Part shown: positions 59,035-64,000 of the stretch, piece after piece | How the letters are laid out: each line of letters opens with the position of its first letter | Position numbering within the stretch: position 1 is the stretch's first letter | Assembly (NCBI GenBank): GCA_048937405.1 | Contig: JBHLNF010000001.1 | Coordinates: 1-64,000 of the forward strand | Reading direction: 5' to 3' | Length of the DNA: 64,000 nt | Source of the DNA: Promethearchaeota archaeon | GTDB lineage: Archaea; Asgardarchaeota; Lokiarchaeia; Sigyniarchaeales; SOKP01 | Notes under the pieces: model-generated | The model's database searches: none | Told to the model about the DNA's origin: nothing | What the model saw: only the letters and a program-made list of their open reading frames with translations | Made by a program: the position numbers and the translations under genes

Positions 59035-61758
59035 TTATTTGTTTAAGACTAATCGATAATTGCATTTAGGACAGGATTTATGTACAATATCGATGATATT
59101 TTCACATTTTGGACAAATTATTTTTGAAACTGTTGTTAGTTCCTTGGTTTTTATATTTTTTGGAGTGTAGTCTGCTGTTTTAAATGAGAAATATTCCCCT
59201 GTAATCCCTCTATCTAGAACACAATATCGATTGGGTAATCTTATAATAGTCTCAATATTCTGTGGATCCTTTGTAAATCGCTCTGCACTACTTAAACTTT
59301 GATGCATGAGAAACTTTAACGAAGGCAAGGAAATCGCACTGTCATCTAAAATATCTGCTCGCTGATCAGCAATAAGAAATGATATCCCACGATCCCGAAA
59401 TTCTGCAAATATAATTTCAAAAATTGCAATAATTTGTTCACAAGCAATGTAATCATCACTTTTATGTTTACCTGGCGAAGTTAATCTCTTAAGAATTCTA
59501 TGTGCCTCATCAATTTCTATAAGATATTTTAATCCTTTAACTCCCGTATCTGGCGTGAGAGTTCTGATTGTCTGTAAAATTAGAATCGATAATAATCTTT
59601 GTTCCCATTCATTACAAGAGGTTAAATCTATTTGCACAATTTTACCATTTATCCAATCTTCATACCATTTCCCAACTTCCACATATGGATTTAAAGCCTT
59701 TAATAATACGGGATTCGATAGTTGGGTATTAATTCTTGTATTAAGAGCCGAAGTAATTTTTGCTCGATATCTATCATCATAATCGTGATCTTCGTCATAG
59801 AAATAATCTATTACCAGTGTTAATAATTCTACTATTGAATCTGGTGGACCTTCATTATTAATTATATAATTTTGAAGAACTTGTTTACAAGCATAAACCC
59901 CTTCTTCTTCAAATCCAATTGATCCCATGATTCCCTTACTAACTTGGACAATTTGTTTTTCCATTTTATCATTATCAAGAGGAATTATATATGGTAAAGT
60001 GAGATTTTTACCGAATTTATAAAATCTTTCAGCAGAGTAAATATTTTCCTCGAGTTCTCTTTTAAAGTTAATTATTAGGATCCCTACGTCTGATTTGACT
60101 TGAGAAATTGATTTACTAATATATCCCATAAAAAAACTCTTTCCTGTACCCATTCCTCCAATGAGATTTCCACCTTGAACAAAATCATCCACATTTATAT
60201 ATAAAATATTTTCTTTCAATCTGCCATAATCATCCCTCCATTTTCCTACCGCAAAGTTGGAATTCTTTTTTACATGTAATGGCCAATTTATCACTTGATT
60301 CTTTAATCCAATTGGAACATTTAAAGGCATTTTATCATTAAAAGTAAAATCAAACGAAATAGGTGTTAAATGTCGACCATTATATAATATTCCACGTAGA
60401 AAATCAGCTCTAGCCCCACATAGAATTCTTCTGATCTTAGCGGTTTTTTTCTCATTTTTAACAGCAATTTCTAAGGTTTTTATCTTACCTTGCAGAGCAT
60501 AAAATTCTGGATTTTTTATACTTAATTCCTTTCCTAAAATTTTATAATTAATGTATATCTTTATATGAAAAAGCTCATCTCTCCACATTTTGAGATATGT
60601 ATCTTTTTCAACTGAATCCTTATATTTTAAAGCAACTATTTTAGCCCTCTGTTCCAAAATTTTTTTTGGAAAAGCCTTTTTCCAGATAATAAGCAGCTTT
60701 GTCGTATCCCTCCCTTCTCCAAAAAGGGTTATCATCCTATTAATTAAATCAATACGATTATTATATGGTGCTTTAGGAAACTTAATTAACCACCATTTTT
60801 CTTTTTTATAAAGAAATCCTTTATCCACTTCAATATATTCTATTTTTCCGTCTAATCCTGCATATGTTGTTTTTAAATTAGTTAATAGTTGATTTCCCTT
60901 TTTGATGCCTTCAATTTTGGTACGAGTTTTAATTAAGAATGATATTTCAAATTGATCTTTATTAAGTATTATTTGAACTCGGTTAGATTTTCTGTGTTTA
61001 AAAAAATCCTGAAGCCACGTTTGGAATTTTTTCTTTTCAAGTTTATCTTCTCTACCTATTTGAGTTATTTTAACTTTAGTAAGCCAAAATAACGCTCGTT
61101 TCTTTCTCCTCCTCTTTAAATTTAATCCACTTTCTCTCAAAAATGAATTAGTAATCGTCTGTACTGTATGATAGAAAGTTATTAATCTTCCCGTAATTGG
61201 TCTATAACCTAAACTTACAATAGCACCTATAGCTAAGAGAGCATATAATCCAAAAACAAACTGGTTAAAGAACAAATGTAAAATGTAAAAATACCATCCT
61301 GATATAAAAATTAAATATAAATCTTTTCGATATTCATTCATTTTTAAAATTGAGATAAAAACTAGGATCCCTATAAATACTATAATTGTAGTGCCCACTA
61401 TAAAAGATAAAAATAATCCTGAGACAAAAATATGAGCAAAGATTAATACAATCACACTGTATATATAAAATGTCTTACCTTCTGATCGTTTATAAATAAT
61501 ATGATAAATCCAACTATACAAAAAAAGAATTAGTATCATCTCTATCTTGAATATATTAGATATAAACAGCTCTACTTCTTTAATTATAGTATGTTCAATT
61601 AAAATGAAGAATGAGATAAGCATGAAAATAGAACATAGATAAAATCCTAAAATATTTATAAACTCATATTTTTGCTTTTTATAATAGTAAATTGCTACAA
61701 AAATCATTATGATTAATGATATGATAAAAAGAGGATACAAGTAGTTTGAGAAGAACAT
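59035..61758 (-). CDS. Membrane-anchored HerA/FtsK/VirB4-superfamily ATPase with C-terminal zinc ribbon
   Basis: About 6 N-terminal TMs; Walker A GGMGTGKS; Walker B IEIDEAHR; EFRDRGISFLIADQ; CPKC..CPKC. Confidence 0.85.
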   Translation of the reverse strand: MFFSNYLYPLFIISLIIMIFVAIYYYKKQKYEFINILGFYLCSIFMLISFFILIEHTIIKEVELFISNIFKIEMILILFLYSWIYHIIYKRSEGKTFYIYSVIVLIFAHIFVSGLFLSFIVGTTIIVFIGILVFISILKMNEYRKDLYLIFISGWYFYILHLFFNQFVFGLYALLAIGAIVSLGYRPITGRLITFYHTVQTITNSFLRESGLNLKRRRKKRALFWLTKVKITQIGREDKLEKKKFQTWLQDFFKHRKSNRVQIILNKDQFEISFLIKTRTKIEGIKKGNQLLTNLKTTYAGLDGKIEYIEVDKGFLYKKEKWWLIKFPKAPYNNRIDLINRMITLFGEGRDTTKLLIIWKKAFPKKILEQRAKIVALKYKDSVEKDTYLKMWRDELFHIKIYINYKILGKELSIKNPEFYALQGKIKTLEIAVKNEKKTAKIRRILCGARADFLRGILYNGRHLTPISFDFTFNDKMPLNVPIGLKNQVINWPLHVKKNSNFAVGKWRDDYGRLKENILYINVDDFVQGGNLIGGMGTGKSFFMGYISKSISQVKSDVGILIINFKRELEENIYSAERFYKFGKNLTLPYIIPLDNDKMEKQIVQVSKGIMGSIGFEEEGVYACKQVLQNYIINNEGPPDSIVELLTLVIDYFYDEDHDYDDRYRAKITSALNTRINTQLSNPVLLKALNPYVEVGKWYEDWINGKIVQIDLTSCNEWEQRLLSILILQTIRTLTPDTGVKGLKYLIEIDEAHRILKRLTSPGKHKSDDYIACEQIIAIFEIIFAEFRDRGISFLIADQRADILDDSAISLPSLKFLMHQSLSSAERFTKDPQNIETIIRLPNRYCVLDRGITGEYFSFKTADYTPKNIKTKELTTVSKIICPKCENIIDIVHKSCPKCNYRLVLNK

Positions 61759-61880
61759 GATATTCTTAGCTTTTTATTTTAGACTTTAAAAATATCAATA
61801 AAAACACAGATAATTTTCTTGACTTTAAATAATCAAATTATAATAATTTGACAAGAAATTACTAAAAACATTGAAAAAAA

Positions 61881-63002
61881 TTGAAAAACAATTCTAAAAA
61901 AAAAGGCAAATACCAGCCTTTCTCATATTTTATTGAACAAGAATTAATCTTTTATAATAGTTTAAATCAAAAGAAGAATGTATTAGCCTTTGGAATACTA
62001 CAAACTCGAGATATTTCAAACCTGATACAGATCTTAAATAATTTCATAAAAAAATCGTGTTTAAACTCATATACCATTCAAATAGGGATGCATTCTGAAA
62101 CCCATATTATATTAAAATATATATGTGAAGAAAAAAAAGAAATAGTTCAGGATTATTCTAAGTTATGTGAACTCTTGAATAATAAAGAGATTCCATTTTG
62201 TTTATTAGAAAATAATTTATTAGAAATGGAGTTCTTGGGCATTTTAAGAAATGGAAATGCTCCTAAATTAAATGAGTTGAAAATTTCAATTTCCAATTCC
62301 AAAAATGGATTATCTCTCAAAAATGATAAATATTCTATTAATTATTTCTTTTATGATATCAAACTTGATTTAGTTATGGAGGATATCTATTTTTTCCAGC
62401 ATATAAAAAAATTTTTAAAAGAACGGGAAATAAAATTTCATTTATTCTTATACAATACACTAGATGAAATTGGAGATTTAAGAAGCTCAGCATATCTTAC
62501 TATAGTAGCAAAAGAAGAAAATAGCACAATTGATCTTATCAAGGTTTCAAATGAATTTTTTAAAAAGAATCTATTAGATCTACAGAAACCTAAGATAAGT
62601 CTTATTTGGCAATTATTGTGGCGATTACCAATCAAAAACAAATTAACTAGAATTGATAATAATTTTATCTTAGAACCAGAAAATACGCCCTTAACTCAAT
62701 TTGAAATCCTGACCCTATTAGAAAAAAATCTATTAGAGAAACATATTAAATATGAACTAGTAAAAGACTCTCAAATGGTAATCAATCAAAACTGGTTATT
62801 TTCCATTTTTTCTAACTTAAATTTAAACAAGTTTTCAGAAATTATAAAAAATAATATTAATCAATATCATATCTATGTATTGGTAATCGATTATGTTGAT
62901 TATTCAAAATTAGTAAGTTATGATAATATTACTGAAATAAACAACCTTACTATAATAAATCTTGAAGAATTCCTAGATTTAGATTATGCTCTTTTTAAAT
63001 AA
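61881..63002 (+). CDS. Hypothetical protein
   Basis: 373-aa ORF divergent from the ATPase; no motif recognised. Confidence 0.7.
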   Translation: MKNNSKKKGKYQPFSYFIEQELIFYNSLNQKKNVLAFGILQTRDISNLIQILNNFIKKSCLNSYTIQIGMHSETHIILKYICEEKKEIVQDYSKLCELLNNKEIPFCLLENNLLEMEFLGILRNGNAPKLNELKISISNSKNGLSLKNDKYSINYFFYDIKLDLVMEDIYFFQHIKKFLKEREIKFHLFLYNTLDEIGDLRSSAYLTIVAKEENSTIDLIKVSNEFFKKNLLDLQKPKISLIWQLLWRLPIKNKLTRIDNNFILEPENTPLTQFEILTLLEKNLLEKHIKYELVKDSQMVINQNWLFSIFSNLNLNKFSEIIKNNINQYHIYVLVIDYVDYSKLVSYDNITEINNLTIINLEEFLDLDYALFK

Positions 63003-63008
63003 TGGAGA

Positions 63009-63989
63009 TTAAAAGAAAGTAATAGAAAACATGAAACTTTGTAAATATACCAAGATGTATATGAAGATTGATATTAGAATAATCACATAAGTTCTTTTAT
63101 GACGTACAATCTTTAAAAAATAATAACATGTTATAACTGTGCAGATTATTAGAATAGAAAAGATTAATATAACATCTAAAATGTCAACAAGTTCATATAA
63201 AGAACTTATTTCTTGCATATTTTCAGTATAATTCATATTTCTAACAATCGCTATTACTAATGGCAACATCCCTCCTATTGCTCCTAAAATACCTGGAAAG
63301 ATGAATATAAAAACTTTGACAAGAAATTTTTTTCCTGATACGATTAATCTAAATTTTTCTTCAAGTCTTCTATGTCTATCAAGAATAGCAAGTATGTCAG
63401 TAATTTTTTTTGAGGAATAATAAGCACTTTTTTTTAACATGTCATAAATAACATCCAATATAACTTTATATCGTGGGGAATCTAAGATTAACTTCAAATT
63501 ATTTATTAAATCTTTAAAAGTATATTGGAAACTGATAAGGTATGAAATTTGCTTATAAAAAGTATCATTTAGTAAAGATAAATAAGTCTTACTTTTTGAA
63601 TATGCTTTAATGAAAGCGACTTCAGGGCTATAATTATTTTTTAAAGTTAAAGCCAAAACTTCGAGAAACAATAGGAATTCATCGAATTGTTTTTCTCTTA
63701 CCCCAGAATATTCATCTAACACTCCAATTAATCCGATGTTAATTCTCACCATTTTTTTAAACATCCAGTACATCAAGAACAAAAGTGATGTGGCTATGAA
63801 AAGAGCAAAAAATATATTTATTTGTTGAAATAGTATAAAAGAGGATAAAACTAGGGGAAAGAATAATCCTGTAAAAAAAATTATCCCTATTTTAGTTTGC
63901 AATGATTTTATCAATATGCGAAAATTCTTTTCTGAAGAATTCTCATCATAGTCTTCAATATCATAGTCATGACCAAAATTTTTTATCAT
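63009..63989 (-). CDS. Type II secretion system F / TadB-TadC-like membrane platform protein (may extend beyond the window)
   Basis: Two TMs, FLLFLEVLALTLKNNYSPEVAF T2SSF-like motif, three C-terminal TMs; frame is open to the window edge. Confidence 0.7.
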   Translation of the reverse strand: MIKNFGHDYDIEDYDENSSEKNFRILIKSLQTKIGIIFFTGLFFPLVLSSFILFQQINIFFALFIATSLLFLMYWMFKKMVRINIGLIGVLDEYSGVREKQFDEFLLFLEVLALTLKNNYSPEVAFIKAYSKSKTYLSLLNDTFYKQISYLISFQYTFKDLINNLKLILDSPRYKVILDVIYDMLKKSAYYSSKKITDILAILDRHRRLEEKFRLIVSGKKFLVKVFIFIFPGILGAIGGMLPLVIAIVRNMNYTENMQEISSLYELVDILDVILIFSILIICTVITCYYFLKIVRHKRTYVIILISIFIYILVYLQSFMFSITFF

Positions 63990-64000
63990 GAGTTCAGATA

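Noticed and set aside
2680-62641. Many antisense or nested ORFs in the track (e.g. 2680, 5102, 9204, 12423, 18568, 41062, 43789, 53982, 59555)
   Set aside because: They overlap well-supported genes on the opposite strand or another frame and show no motifs (shadow ORFs)

Overview
AT-rich archaeal chromosome segment that looks like Asgard archaea (Lokiarchaeia/Promethearchaeota). This rests on roadblock proteins, a Rag-like GTPase, a longin/DENN-like protein, an EMC6-like protein and tRNAs with non-canonical BHB introns. Bases 1-42.3 kb are mostly housekeeping: YchF, thermosome, Tsr3, RNase P Rpp30/Pop5, Rqc2/NEMF, PyrI, TrpB2, a Cdc6-like protein and SMC, plus three tRNAs, a decayed IS200/IS605 tnpB element and a C/D-box sRNA. 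Bases 42.3-64 kb look accessory: a zinc-ribbon nuclease, Tad/type IV pilus genes, a membrane HerA/VirB4-like ATPase and a cluster of TPR proteins. Best leads: (1) an unannotated Trp-rich leader peptide (MATVRNFCWQWPWRWR) with competing hairpins and a U-tract upstream of trpB2, a candidate translation-coupled tryptophan attenuator in an archaeon; (2) a tandem family of TPR proteins with variable repeat N-termini and a shared triple zinc-ribbon C-terminal module; (3) a 1483-aa SMC with no recognisable hinge, next to an apparently ATPase-dead Cdc6; (4) a C/D sRNA predicted to guide the Gm2251-equivalent methylation; (5) a two-intron tRNA-Glu with C33. All calls come from reading motifs by eye; no searches were run.
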